Assembly (NCBI GenBank): GCA_963578475.1
Contig: CAUZCL010000003.1
Location: 27,027-91,026 of the forward strand
Reading direction: 5' to 3'
Source of the DNA: Acidobacteria bacterium bin61
Lineage (GTDB): Bacteria > Acidobacteriota > Vicinamibacteria > Marinacidobacterales > SMYC01
Length of the DNA stretch: 64,000 bases
Part shown: one piece after another, positions 52,003 through 62,797 of the stretch
Position numbering within the stretch: the stretch's first letter is position 1
Layout: each line of letters begins with the position of its first letter
Made by a program: the position numbers and the translations under genes
Notes under the pieces: model-generated
Database searches by the model: none
Told to the model about the DNA's origin: nothing
Seen by the model: only the letters and a program-made list of their open reading frames with translations

Positions 52003-54069
52003 CTACTCGTTCGTCGCCGCTGAGGTCGCGAGCGCATGACGCGTCACCCACTCGAATTGGCGCTTCAAGCGGTCGAGCCGGTGGTAGTACTCGCGCAAGC
52101 CATGGCCTTCGCGCGGGTAGAAGACGAGCTCCACGGCAACGCCGCGATCCTTGAGCGCGCGGTAAAACTCCATCGGCTGGCCAATGGGTACGCGCTGGTC
52201 GTTTCCGCCGTGAAGGATCAATGTCGGGGTCGTGACGTTATCGGCGAAGGTCAGCCCGGACCGGTCGCGATAGAGCTGCTCCGTCTCGGGGGACAACGTT
52301 CCGTTGAAGAACGTCCCGAGATAGCTCGGGACGTCGTTGGTGCCGTACATGCTGACGAGATTCGTGAGACCGGCACCGATCATCGCGGCTTTGAAACGCG
52401 TCGTCTGCGACACTGTCCAGCACGTCATGTAGCCGCCATAGCTCCAGCCTTGGAAGGCGAGCTTATCGGGATCAGCGGTCCCCATCTCGATCACCGCATC
52501 GACCCCGGCCATGATGTCGCGGTAGTCTCCTCCGCCCCAATCCGCAAGGTTCCCCCGCATGAACGTCTCACCGTAATTGGTGCTCCCGCGCGGATTAGGA
52601 TAGAGCACCGCCCATCCTTGACCGGCCCAGTGTTGGCCGCCGTCGCCATAGCGCACACGGTAATAATCGTGATGCGCGCCGGTGGGGCCGCCATGCGCAA
52701 CAGTCATGAGCGGATAACGCTCGCCTTGAACGTAGCCGACCGGCTTCACGAGCACACCTTCGACCTCGAAGCCCTCGGTGCTCTTCCACCGGATGACTTC
52801 CGTCTTGCCAAGCTCGAGCTTTCGGGTTTCGGGGTGGACATCGCTCAGCTTCGCCGGCGCGGAAAAATCGAGCCCCGAGACGTAGACGTCGGCTGGCGCC
52901 TCGGCGGATTCGAGCGTGAAGGCCACCCGCGAGCCGTCGGCGCTCACGGAGCCCAAGCCGAGGATTCGTTTGTGGGTGAGCTTGTCGTAGCGCTCCGACG
53001 CAACGTTGTAAGCGAAGACCTCACGATAAACGCTGTCGCCTGCGGTGAACAGGATCCTTCGGCTGTCCGGCGTCCACCGGGGATTCGAGGGAATCCGATC
53101 GAACCCCGTCGAGACGTCCCGCAAGCTGCCTTTCTGCACGTCATAGATCGTCAAATGGGCGTTTATCATTGGTTGGATGAGTGTGCCGTCCGGAAGCGGC
53201 TCGCTGGCATTCGGGATCGACAGGAACGCAATCGCCTTGCCGTCTGGTGACCATGCGGGGGAACGGTCCGCGCCAGGATTCTCGGTAATCTTTTGGGCAG
53301 CGCCTCCGACCGATTGAACATAAATGTCGTCGCGGCTGTCTCGAAGCCAAAGGGTGGGAGCGCCGGTAAAAGCAATCCGGGTCCCGTCGGGAGACCAGCT
53401 TGGGCGGCCTTTGACGGTGAAATCGGCAGCTTCGGTTTGAATCACCGCCTCTTTGGATGAGACATCGATGACCCAGAGCCTGTTGAAGCGCGCGTCGTCC
53501 TCATAGACGAGCGGATCGTCGCGACGGTTTTTTTTCTCGTCGTCCTCGGAGAGAGCCTCCTTCACCGTAAAAGCAATCTTTGAGCTGTCCGGGGACCAGA
53601 CATAATCGAGGACGCCTTCTTTTGCTTCCGTGAGCGACATCGCTTCACCGCCGGCGGTGCGCATCAGCCAGACCTGCCACTTGGGCTCGTCGTCCTTAAT
53701 CTTCGTCTTAGACTTGGTCTTGCCGCTTCCGCGCGCGGCTAGAAAGCTCATCCACTTGCCATCCGGCGACCACCGCGGCCCGCTCTCGCCCTTTTCACCA
53801 AAAGTCAGCTGCGTCGCCTCGCCGGCATCGGTCGCGACACGCCAGAGATGCGAGACAAAGGTCTTCGTACCTTCTTTGTCACCTTCTTCCCAGGCCGACA
53901 CGGTGTAGAGAACCGAGCTAGCGTCGGGAGAAATCTGTGGCGAGCCCACGCTCTTCATCGACAAAATGTCTTCGAACTCGACAGGACGCTTGTCCTGCGC
54001 AAGACCGAAGGAGGCGACGCTAAGAGCGCCCGAAACGAGAGCCACGAGAACAACGTGTCGATATTTCAT
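52003..54069 (-). CDS. S9-family serine peptidase with N-terminal TolB-like beta-propeller (secreted)
   Basis: ATG at 54069 (MKYRHVVLVALVSGALSVASFGLA). Repeated SPDG propeller motifs. Catalytic GWSYGG and C-terminal His/Asp region. Confidence 0.85.
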   Translation of the reverse strand: MKYRHVVLVALVSGALSVASFGLAQDKRPVEFEDILSMKSVGSPQISPDASSVLYTVSAWEEGDKEGTKTFVSHLWRVATDAGEATQLTFGEKGESGPRWSPDGKWMSFLAARGSGKTKSKTKIKDDEPKWQVWLMRTAGGEAMSLTEAKEGVLDYVWSPDSSKIAFTVKEALSEDDEKKNRRDDPLVYEDDARFNRLWVIDVSSKEAVIQTEAADFTVKGRPSWSPDGTRIAFTGAPTLWLRDSRDDIYVQSVGGAAQKITENPGADRSPAWSPDGKAIAFLSIPNASEPLPDGTLIQPMINAHLTIYDVQKGSLRDVSTGFDRIPSNPRWTPDSRRILFTAGDSVYREVFAYNVASERYDKLTHKRILGLGSVSADGSRVAFTLESAEAPADVYVSGLDFSAPAKLSDVHPETRKLELGKTEVIRWKSTEGFEVEGVLVKPVGYVQGERYPLMTVAHGGPTGAHHDYYRVRYGDGGQHWAGQGWAVLYPNPRGSTNYGETFMRGNLADWGGGDYRDIMAGVDAVIEMGTADPDKLAFQGWSYGGYMTCWTVSQTTRFKAAMIGAGLTNLVSMYGTNDVPSYLGTFFNGTLSPETEQLYRDRSGLTFADNVTTPTLILHGGNDQRVPIGQPMEFYRALKDRGVAVELVFYPREGHGLREYYHRLDRLKRQFEWVTRHALATSAATNE

Positions 54070-54122
54070 ACTGTTTCTATACCACAAAGCGAGAGCGGCC
54101 AGCGGCACGCTAGAATGGAGAT

Positions 54123-55670
54123 ATGGAGCCAGTGCACCGATTTATCGTGACGCCGACGCTCGTGGCCATGAACGTCGCCATTTTTCTCGCGATGGTGAGC
54201 CTCGGCGTCTCCGCGACCGCCCCCGGTCCGTGGGAGCTCTTGCCCTTTGGCGCCAATTTCGGCGGCTACACCGTGGACGGGCAGTGGTGGCGCTTGCTCA
54301 CGTCCACCTTTCTCCACTTCGGCGTGCTCCATATCGGTTTCAACATGTGGTGCCTCTGGAGCCTCGGCCGGCTCGCCGAACGGATGTTCGGGAACTGGCA
54401 ATTTCTCACGATCTACCTGCTCACCGGGCTCGGAGGAAGCGCCGCTAGCCTTATCTCGCATCCCCATTTCGTGAGCGCCGGCGCATCCGGCGCCGTGTTC
54501 GGGATCGCCGGGGCCCTCGCTTCGTTTCTCTATTTCGCTCAGTTAAGCTTGCCCGAGAAAGTCGGACGTGATCTTCAGACAAGCATCCTCTTCTTTATCG
54601 GCATCAATCTGATCATCGGCTTCTCGCTCGATTTCGTCGACAATGCGGGCCATCTCGGCGGGCTCGTGGTGGGTGCGGTTCTCGGAGCGGCACTCAAATA
54701 TCGCACGGCCTTTCTTGTTGCAGCCGGGACCGCCGTCGTCGCACTCGTCGCGTCGATGCCCATTGCGAAAGAGCGCGCACAAAATAGCGCTGCAGTCCTC
54801 GAGACCGAGGCGATTATTCTCACCGCCACGGCCCATGGCGATGCAGCGCTCGCCAAGATCGAGGACGCACTCGAGAGCGAGGCCACTGTCCGAAGGCTCA
54901 GCATGGCGGCCGAGCTCTACCTCACGAGGGGACGCTACGACGACGCTATCGACGCCGCGCGTCGCGCGATAGCTCTCGACCCGCAACACAAACCGCCCCA
55001 ACAACTGCTCGGAATGGCCCTGTTCGCGGCCAAGCGCTACGAAGAGGCGGTGGCCGAGCTCCGCCTCACGATACAGCTCGAGAGCGTCGACGAGCGGCGC
55101 AATGCCCTCGAGCGTGACCCGGCGGGGCTGCAGAGTCACGTGCTTCTCAGTCGCGCGCTTCACGAGCTCGGACGCCAAGAGGAGGCCCTAAAGGTTCTCG
55201 CGGAGGACCTCGAGTGGGCGCCCGACTCGTTCTTGGCTCACAACGAGTTTGGCCTCGCCTATTATCGCATCGACGAGATCGACCTCGCCATTGCCGCTCT
55301 TCGAAAAGCGGCAGAGCTCGAGCCCGAGCACCCAGAGCCCCACAACCGCCTTTCGCTGACCCTCGCGCCAACCGGAGCCCTCGACGAGGCGCTCCAATCA
55401 ATCGAGACCGCGATGGAAATCCTGCCGGACGCGCCGCACCTTCTCGACAGCCTCGGGACAGTGCGCTTTTATCGCGGCGAGCTCGACCTTGCGGTCGAAG
55501 CCTATCGCGACGCCATCGCACTCGAGCCGCGGCGGGGCGTCTATCACTACAACCTCGCGATGGCGTTTCTCAAGAACGGCAACAAAACGGCCGCCGCTAA
55601 AGCGAGGGCCGAAGCGCTGCGGCTAGAGCCCCATTTCGAGCCCACAGAGGAAGGTAGACCCGAGATCTGA
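54123..55670 (+). CDS. Rhomboid-family intramembrane serine protease fused to a C-terminal TPR-repeat domain
   Basis: Rhomboid core with GASGAVFG (catalytic Ser) and AGHLGG (catalytic His). Six TM helices. The C-terminal about 250 aa are TPR-like repeats. Confidence 0.8.
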   Translation: MEPVHRFIVTPTLVAMNVAIFLAMVSLGVSATAPGPWELLPFGANFGGYTVDGQWWRLLTSTFLHFGVLHIGFNMWCLWSLGRLAERMFGNWQFLTIYLLTGLGGSAASLISHPHFVSAGASGAVFGIAGALASFLYFAQLSLPEKVGRDLQTSILFFIGINLIIGFSLDFVDNAGHLGGLVVGAVLGAALKYRTAFLVAAGTAVVALVASMPIAKERAQNSAAVLETEAIILTATAHGDAALAKIEDALESEATVRRLSMAAELYLTRGRYDDAIDAARRAIALDPQHKPPQQLLGMALFAAKRYEEAVAELRLTIQLESVDERRNALERDPAGLQSHVLLSRALHELGRQEEALKVLAEDLEWAPDSFLAHNEFGLAYYRIDEIDLAIAALRKAAELEPEHPEPHNRLSLTLAPTGALDEALQSIETAMEILPDAPHLLDSLGTVRFYRGELDLAVEAYRDAIALEPRRGVYHYNLAMAFLKNGNKTAAAKARAEALRLEPHFEPTEEGRPEI

Positions 55671-55674
55671 GCCA

Positions 55675-56922
55675 ATGGCCGGGCGGGCGGTGGTCGTGGG
55701 TGGCGGCGGGATCGGAGTCGCTTCAGCCTACTATCTGACCCGCTCCGGCTGGCACGTTACGCTCGTCGACAAGGGCGGGATCGGCCGCGGTTGCTCATAC
55801 GGCAACGCTGGCCTCATCGTCCCGAGCCACTCGGATCCCATCCCCGGCCCTGGCGTCATCGGCCAGGCGCTCCGCTTCATGATGAAGAAGGACAGCCCGT
55901 TCTACGCGCGCCCCAGGCTCGATGCGGGCCTCCTGCGTTTCTTCTGGCAGTTCCGCCGCTACTGTAATGCTGCAAAAGCCCGGCACGGTTTTGGCGCGCT
56001 CTTGAGCCTCAGCGCCGGAAGCCTCGAGCTGTACGAGGAGCTGCGGCGCGATGGCGATGCCGATTTCTTTTTCGAGCGACGCGGTGCCCTCGAAGTCGCT
56101 CTCACCAAGGATAGCCTCGAACACTTCCGAAATGCACGAGACGCGCTGGAAGCGGAAGGCTTCACCACGAAGCTCCTGTCCCGAGACGAGGCGCTCGCGC
56201 TCGAGCCCGCGCTTTCGACGAACGTTCGAGGCGGGCTCTTCATCGAGGGTGAAGCGCACGGCTCGAGCTTCGGCTATATCACTTCGCTCACCGCGACACT
56301 CGAAAAGCGGGGCGCCCGCATTCTTGCGGATCACGCGGTCTCGCGGCTCGTGCACGATAGCGCCCAGCACATGAAAGGAGTCGAGCTCGAGGGCGGCAAA
56401 ATGCTGGAGGCCGATCTCATCGTGCTCGCGGCGGGCGCCTGGTCCAGGACACTCGCAAAACCCCTCGGCGTCGACATTCCAATGCAGCCGGCCAAAGGTT
56501 ATAGCTGCACCATCGACACCTTCGAAGGCGCGCCGAGCTACCCGATTCTCGTGAAGGAGCGCCGCGTCATCGTCACGCCTCTCGATTCCCGATTGCGCTT
56601 CGCCGGCACGCTGGAGCTAACAGGCTTCGACGAGACCATTCACGGCCCGCGCTACGAGGCGGTAAAGAGGGTCGGATGCGAGATTTTGAAAACCCGACCG
56701 CCTATGGAGAACGAAGAACCTTGGAGCGGCTTACGGCCCGTGACTCCGGACGGCCTTCCTATCGTCGACTGGGCGAAGCCTTATCGAGGTCTTCTCCTGG
56801 CCACGGGACACGCGATGCTCGGGTTCACACAATCTCCGATGACGGGGAAGCTCGTCGCGGAGCTCGCGAACGGTGACGATCCGTCCATCTCTCTCGAGCC
56901 TTTCCGCCTGGACCGCTTTTGA
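55675..56922 (+). CDS. FAD-dependent oxidoreductase, D-amino-acid dehydrogenase (DadA)-like
   Basis: VVVGGGGIGVASAYYL dinucleotide-binding motif. DAO-family C-terminal GHAMLGFTQSPMTGKLVAEL. Confidence 0.75.
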   Translation: MAGRAVVVGGGGIGVASAYYLTRSGWHVTLVDKGGIGRGCSYGNAGLIVPSHSDPIPGPGVIGQALRFMMKKDSPFYARPRLDAGLLRFFWQFRRYCNAAKARHGFGALLSLSAGSLELYEELRRDGDADFFFERRGALEVALTKDSLEHFRNARDALEAEGFTTKLLSRDEALALEPALSTNVRGGLFIEGEAHGSSFGYITSLTATLEKRGARILADHAVSRLVHDSAQHMKGVELEGGKMLEADLIVLAAGAWSRTLAKPLGVDIPMQPAKGYSCTIDTFEGAPSYPILVKERRVIVTPLDSRLRFAGTLELTGFDETIHGPRYEAVKRVGCEILKTRPPMENEEPWSGLRPVTPDGLPIVDWAKPYRGLLLATGHAMLGFTQSPMTGKLVAELANGDDPSISLEPFRLDRF

Positions 56923-58090
56923 CCTTATTGCTCTTCTGTCTTGCGCTTTCACAATCGATCGAGCACGTCCGGGTCGAAGGCAACTTACGCTTGACGGGCG
57001 ACGCCATTCGCCGTCACGCCGCGATCGCGACCGAGGAAGAGCTTGCGGAAGCGTTTCAACGTTTGTGGGCGACAGGTCTGTTCGAAGATGTCCGCTTCGA
57101 CCGCGAAGACAGTGTCCTCGTCATCCACGTCGAAGAAAAGACGCTGCTCGCCGCGTACCGGCTCGAGGGCGAGAAGCTCGAGGAAGAAGAGCTGCTCGAA
57201 GGCCTGCGAAGAGCAGGGTTCGATTTGCACACGAACCGCGCGTTCGGTCGAGACGATGCCCGCACCGTGGAGCGTCTGACCCAGCAGTTTCTGGGCGAGG
57301 AGGTAGACGTGCGTGCTCGCGTGGAGCTCGTCCTGACAGTAGAGAAAGTTCCCATCCAGCGGCTTTCGACCTTGGAGCTCGACGGAAACGAAGCCCTCAC
57401 GGACGCTGAGCTTCGCGACGTGATGCACCTGAAGCCGCGGGACTGGACGACGCGCGTCACGGGCCGCGACAAGCTCTCACAATGAGTGCTCGAAGCGGAC
57501 CTCGAAAGCCTCCGCAAGCTGTATCGCTCACGCGGCGATCGCGATATCCGGGTGGGTCCTGTCGATCTCGATGAAGCGCTGCGCATCCCGATCGCCGAAG
57601 GCCGCCGCTATCGCCTCGATACCATCACGATCGAGCCAGGCTCGCTTCTAAGCCAGGACGACGCGAATAAATAACTCCCGCGCCCCGGCGGCATCTATGA
57701 CGCGAGCGTGATCGATGCCGTGACGGCACGCGTCGAACGTCACTACCAGTCCCTCGGCTCTCCGGGTGTGCGCGTCGTGCGGGAAGAAAAGGCCGTCGCG
57801 GGCGCTCACACGACTCTAGACCATCGCCCGCGTCGTGCCCGAGATCGACTACACCGCACAGCCGGGACGTGTGGACATCACCTACCACATCGAAGAGGTA
57901 GACCCGTTCGAATACTTGATCGGCGGCGGCGTGAACGGAGTTCAAAGCGGAACGGGAAACGGCCAATTCATCGCCAAGAGCCTCCTAGGCCGAGGCGACA
58001 TGTTGCGCTTCAATCTGGACTTCGGCGACCGCTTCCAGAATTTCGCGGTCAGCTATCGCGATCCGTCGACACTCGGCCATCGCCTCCCCC
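56919..58090 (+). pseudogene. bamA: Outer-membrane protein assembly factor BamA: POTRA region plus the first barrel strands only, with 2-3 frameshifts; beta-barrel truncated
   Basis: 56919-57485 encodes POTRA-like repeats (IEHVRVEGNLRLTGDAIRR...). It continues in other frames (57486-57674, 57708-, 57835-58329: YHIEEVDPFEYLIGGGVNGVQSGTGNGQFIAKSLLGRGDMLRFNLDFGDR is the start of the Omp85 barrel). Coding signal ends about 58090, where a convergent kinase pseudogene begins. Confidence 0.5.
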
Positions 58091-59044
58091 GAGGCCACAT
58101 CGTCCCTAACCTTCTCGAGATGATTACGAAGATCAATAGCCGACTGATACCAGCGCTCTTGATCTTTCGCAAGGCACCGCCTATCAACAATCCGCCCAAG
58201 CTCCCTCGGAATCGAAGGAACAACATCCCCAAGCATCCGCAGCGTATCCCTAATAACCGAAGACAAAAGCGCCCCCGTCGTATCCCCGACAAATGGCCGC
58301 CGCCCCGACAACATCTCGTTAAAAAATAATCCCGAGCGAAACAAATATCCGACCGCGCGTCAACCGTCTTCCCTTCCGCCTGCTCCGGAGACATATAAGC
58401 AAGCGTCCCAACAATAGCCCCTTCCCGAGTCTTCGCCTCCGTCGGAACCTCGCTGCCGACATCCACAAACCCCGACACCGGCTTAGCCAGCCAGAAATCA
58501 ACACTTTGATCCGCCCGTCATCGCCGAGCATCACGTTATCCGGCTTCAAATTCCGATGCGTAATATCCGCCCTATGCGCCGCCGCCACCGCATCCGCAAG
58601 CGGGATGGCGATCTCGAAGAACTTGCTTAGAGGCATTCCGTGTCGGGAGAGAAGCTCTGTGAGGGTTTTGCCGCGCACGAGCTCCATGACGATGAAGTGG
58701 ATGCCGTCGGCTTCTTCGACCGAAAACACCTGCACGATGTTCGGATGGTTCAAAGCCGCCACCGACTTCGCTTCCCTCTCGAACCGCTCCCGCCGCTCAG
58801 GTGACGCCATCTCCGGCGGCAGCACCTTCAAAGCAACTTTCCGCCCGAGCTTCGTATCCTCCGCAGCAAAAACTTCCCCCATACCACCGCTTCCAAGCTT
58901 CTCGACGATACGATAGTGATTGAGAGTCTGGCCAATTATCGTAGGCCCGAGATTATCATACGGAAAGGGCCTTCCAACAAGACTAGACGTGAGCGCGCAG
59001 AGTCGATAAAGTTCGGCGTTCATGTCCAAATTCCGACAGTTCAT
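57985..59044 (-). pseudogene. Hanks-type Ser/Thr protein kinase with at least 2 frameshifts
   Basis: 58319-59044 carries the Gly-loop (GSGGMGEVF), AxK (VALKVL) and HRNLKPDNVML. 58053-58478 carries GTLAYMSPEQ. 57985-58344 carries the C-lobe (MLSGRRPF...). All on the minus strand, in three frames. Confidence 0.6.
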
Positions 59045-59516
59045 CTACCTGGCCATCGGCACCTCCTTCGGCCTCGGCCTCTCCCCCATCGCTCCCGGCA
59101 GCTTCGGCGCGCTCGTCGGCGTCGCCTACCACGTCGCCATCGTCCTCTGGCTTCCCGCCTCCTGGCACCTCCCACTGCTCGTTATCGGCCTGGCACTCGT
59201 AGCGCTGGCGAACCACTTGCTGACCCCCTGGGCCGTCGAGTACTGGAAGAACGAAGACCCGGGGAACTTTGTCCTCGACGAAGTAGCCGGCTATCTAGTC
59301 GTCCCCATCCTCTTCCGCGGAGGCGAGCTCTGGCAGGTCGCCCTTGTCGGCTTTCTCCTCTTCCGTATTTTCGACATCATCAAGATCCCTCCCGCCAAGC
59401 AGATCGACCGCGACATGCACGGCTCCTGGGGGATCATCCTCGACGACATCGTCAGCGGCGCTTACGCGGCGCTGGTGCTCTATGGGCTCGTCTGGGCCGG
59501 CGTGATGGCCCCCTGA
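59022..59516 (+). CDS. pgpA: Phosphatidylglycerophosphatase A
   Basis: 164 aa; PgpA family motifs (GLGLSPIAPGSFGAL, VLDEVAGY, FRIFDIIKIPPAKQ, DDIVSGAYA). Confidence 0.75.
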   Translation: MSKFRQFIYLAIGTSFGLGLSPIAPGSFGALVGVAYHVAIVLWLPASWHLPLLVIGLALVALANHLLTPWAVEYWKNEDPGNFVLDEVAGYLVVPILFRGGELWQVALVGFLLFRIFDIIKIPPAKQIDRDMHGSWGIILDDIVSGAYAALVLYGLVWAGVMAP

Positions 59517-59639
59517 CCTGACTCCAGCCGGTGGCAGTCCGCGACCCAGTTGCTAAACTAAGGCCATAGTTCTCGAACCATCCAGTAAAACTTCCTGAAA
59601 TTCCAAGGCCGCTCTTTCTTAGGGGCGACGGGTCTATAG

Positions 59640-61595
59640 CAACAGACGCAATCACGTTCCGACAGCGCTGGCGCTATCGCATCGACAGCTTCCTCGCGCG
59701 AGGCAGCGATCCGCTCTTTCTGTCCCTCATCGTCGCTTTCTTCGGCTCGATCGCCGTGATCGGCGCCATGCGATGGCTGTTCCATCAATATGCCCCCGAC
59801 ACAAAGCACAACTTCGCCGACCAGCTTTGGGTCATCTTTCTCCAGCTCACCGACCCCGGAACATGGTCCAGGACAACGACACGCCGACGATTTTCAAGAC
59901 CGCGGCCGTCGTCGCCAACATCACGGGCGTCGTCATCTTCTCCGCTTTCATCAGCTTTCGCACCACCGCGCTCGACCAGGCGATCGCGCATCTCAAGAAA
60001 GGCCATAGCCAAGTTCTCGAGTCGGGTCACTCCTTGATCCTCGGCTGGAGCCCGCGCGTGGTCGAGATCCTCCGTGAGCTCGTCGAGGCGAACGAGAGCG
60101 AATCCAATCCGGTCGTCGTCATCCTCGCGGAAAAAGACAAAGAGGAGATAGACGAGTATCTCCGGAGCCACTTCACCGACCGGAGGAACACGCGCATCGT
60201 TACGCGCAGCGGGGCCCCGGCCTCTGTCCAAGCGCTCGACCGCGTTAGCGCCAGCGAGGCGAAGTCCGCCATCGTGCTCGCCCACTGCAACCCAGCCGCG
60301 AGTCTCGAGATCAAGCTCTCGAGCGACGCCAAAGTGGTCAAGACCGTCCCCACCGTCGAGTCGCGACTCGAGGAAGGCGCGGAATTTTAGATTGTCGCGG
60401 AGATTTTCACCGACCGAAACCGGCAAATGGTCAAGGACATCGCTCCCGAAATGGTGTCGGTCATCGACGCCGAGAAAATCCTCGCGAAGATCATGGTGCA
60501 AACGTCTCGTACCAGCGGCCTCTCCGTCGTTTATTCGGAGCTACTGAGCTTTGAAGGCTGCGAGATGTATTTCCACAACAACCCGGCATGGGCCGGTCTT
60601 CGCTTCGACCGTCTATAATTTCACTTTCCCGACGGCGTACCCATCGGCATTCGAGCTCCGGATGGCGAGATAGAAATCCGGCCTGCGCCCGACCGGCAGA
60701 TGATGACAGAGGAGGAGATCCTCATCGTCGCCGAAGACGACTCGACTATCTAGTTTCTGCCGCAGCCTGTCATGACCCCGAGCACAGGAGCGATTCCCGA
60801 CAAGCGCATTCGCTTGAAGTTCAAGCGCCAGCTCATTCTCGGATGGAGCTACAAAGCACCTATCATCATCCAAGGATATGCCGATTACGTTCTCGATGGC
60901 TCGCAAATCGACGTCATGGTCAAAGATCCACCGCCGCAACTGATGGAGACCATCCGGAAGCTCGACGCGGAGAGCACCGCGACGGTCCGTCTCATCGACA
61001 AAGATCCTCTCATCTGCGACGAGCTCGGGTCGACGTCCCCGTTTCTTTACAACAACGTCATCATCCTCCCCCAGAAACCTTCCATGAACAGTGGGCCTGA
61101 GCGGATCGACTCGGAGGCGATCGGCGTGCTGCTGCATCTGCGGAAACTGCAAAAGGTACTCACGGAGGCAGGCAAGACCGTCGAAACGAAGCTCATCACC
61201 GAAGTACTCGAGTCCCTCAATCAAGAGCTCGTCTCCCATGCGGGCGTCAACGATTTCATCATCTCGGACCGGATGGTGTCTATGATCTTCGCCCAGATCA
61301 GCGAGGAGAAAGACATGCAGCGTGTCTATGACAACCTCTTCCAAGAAGAAGGCTCCGAGATCTACGTCAAGCCCGCTTGGCTCTATTTCGAGAACCTTCC
61401 GATCACTGCCGTTTCGGCGACTTGATGCAAGTAGCACAAAAAAGAGACGGGGAGATTTGTCTCGGATACAAACTCAGTGCCCTCGAAAGCGATGGCGACG
61501 CAAACTATGGTGTTAAACTCATACCTCTCAAGGATTCGGAGATTACGCTCACGGAACAAGACAGCCTCGTCGTCGTCGCGGAAGACGATCGTTAG
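59640..61595 (+). pseudogene. CASTOR/POLLUX (DMI1)-like ion channel with tandem RCK-type domains, disrupted by at least 4 frame changes
   Basis: Pore/filter-like FADQLWVIFLQLTDPG then (frameshift) NM.QDNDT. LILGWSPRVVEILRELVEANE... (first RCK/CASTOR domain, 59773-60390). MVKDIAPEMVSVIDAEKILAKIMVQ... (60427-60618). KRQLILGWSYKAPIIIQGYADYV... second domain (60772-61425). C-terminal tail 61377-61595. Confidence 0.5.
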
Positions 61596-61617
61596 ACCGC
61601 CCTCAATCCCCCCCCCG

Positions 61618-62757
61618 ATGCACATCGAACAATTACTCATTGCGCTCGGCTTGATCACCTTCGCGAGCATCGTGATCATGTATGCCAGCAACACGTTCGA
61701 ATCCGCCTCGAACTATCTCGGTCGTAACCTCGCGCCCGGGATCAAAGGCGCGACGGTTAACGCCGCCGGCTCCTCGATGCCGGAGCTGCTCACGACCGCC
61801 GTATTCTTGTTCCTCTACCAGGACGTTGACGGCTTCTCGGCTGGGGTTGCGACCGCGGCAGGCTCGGCGGTCTTCAACGGGCTCATCATCCCCGCGGTTT
61901 GTATTTTCGTCGTGGTGATTTGGGGCACGAAGATAAACGGGGTCGAGACCAAAGTGACCCACATCATGGTCGACTCGCGCTCCGTTCTCCGAGACGGCAT
62001 CTGGCTCGTCATCGGCGAGTTGATGCTCATCTTCTTTCTTGGCAATACGACGTTGACCTGGGTCGCGGGCACGTTGCTCCTCTCGAGCTATGTGGGTTAT
62101 TGCGGGCATCTCCTCTACCACAACCGAAAGTTTAGTGTCGACAGAAAGGAAGAGGAGACCGAGGACGACGAAGAGGGTGGCGCCTCGAGCTCGAAGCTCA
62201 AAGCGCTCCTGACCTTCGACTTCAACACGCTGCTCTTCAATGGCCGGCGCTTCACCTTCCGCTCGGCGTGGACGGTCCTCGCCGGCGCCGTTTTCGTCCT
62301 CGGCGTGGCGTGTCTGATACTCGCGGAATCCGTTATCAGAGTCGCCGAAGCGCTCGACATCCCGACCTACTTCACCGCCGTCGTGCTCGCGGCCGCCGCG
62401 ACGAGCGTGCCCGACACCGTGTTTTCGGTGAAGGATGCACGCCAAGGAAATTATGACGACGCTGTCTCGAACGCCCTAGGCTCGAATATCTTCGACATCG
62501 CGGTCTCGCTCGGACTGCCGCTTCTCGTTTATTCGCTCATTTTCGGCGACGTGACGCTGTCGGTGGTCGCAGGAACCTCGGCAGCGCAAGTCCAGTTTCT
62601 GCGCATCGTGCTCCTGGGGGTGACGGTCGCTGTGATCTCCTTGCTGCTCATGGGGAAAAAGGCGGGCTTGGGGAAAGCTAGCATCATGATGCTGATCTAC
62701 TTCGCATGGATGACGTGGATCGCTGATTCCGCTTTCGATCTCGGAATCTTTCCCTGA
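61618..62757 (+). CDS. Sodium/calcium exchanger (CaCA family, YrbG/NCKX-like)
   Basis: ATG at 61618 (MHIEQLLIALGLITFA) preceded by a C9 tract. Two alpha-repeat signatures (GATVNAAGSSMPEL and GSNIFDIAVSLG) separated by an acidic loop (EEETEDDEEGG). Confidence 0.8.
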   Translation: MHIEQLLIALGLITFASIVIMYASNTFESASNYLGRNLAPGIKGATVNAAGSSMPELLTTAVFLFLYQDVDGFSAGVATAAGSAVFNGLIIPAVCIFVVVIWGTKINGVETKVTHIMVDSRSVLRDGIWLVIGELMLIFFLGNTTLTWVAGTLLLSSYVGYCGHLLYHNRKFSVDRKEEETEDDEEGGASSSKLKALLTFDFNTLLFNGRRFTFRSAWTVLAGAVFVLGVACLILAESVIRVAEALDIPTYFTAVVLAAAATSVPDTVFSVKDARQGNYDDAVSNALGSNIFDIAVSLGLPLLVYSLIFGDVTLSVVAGTSAAQVQFLRIVLLGVTVAVISLLLMGKKAGLGKASIMMLIYFAWMTWIADSAFDLGIFP

Positions 62758-62797
62758 TAATCCCTCCCCACGACCGTGAAGGAGGTTCAGTGCGTTG

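Noticed and set aside
52036-53250. 404-aa plus-strand ORF
   Set aside because: Antisense to the S9 peptidase (52003-54069), which carries catalytic motifs. Shadow ORF.
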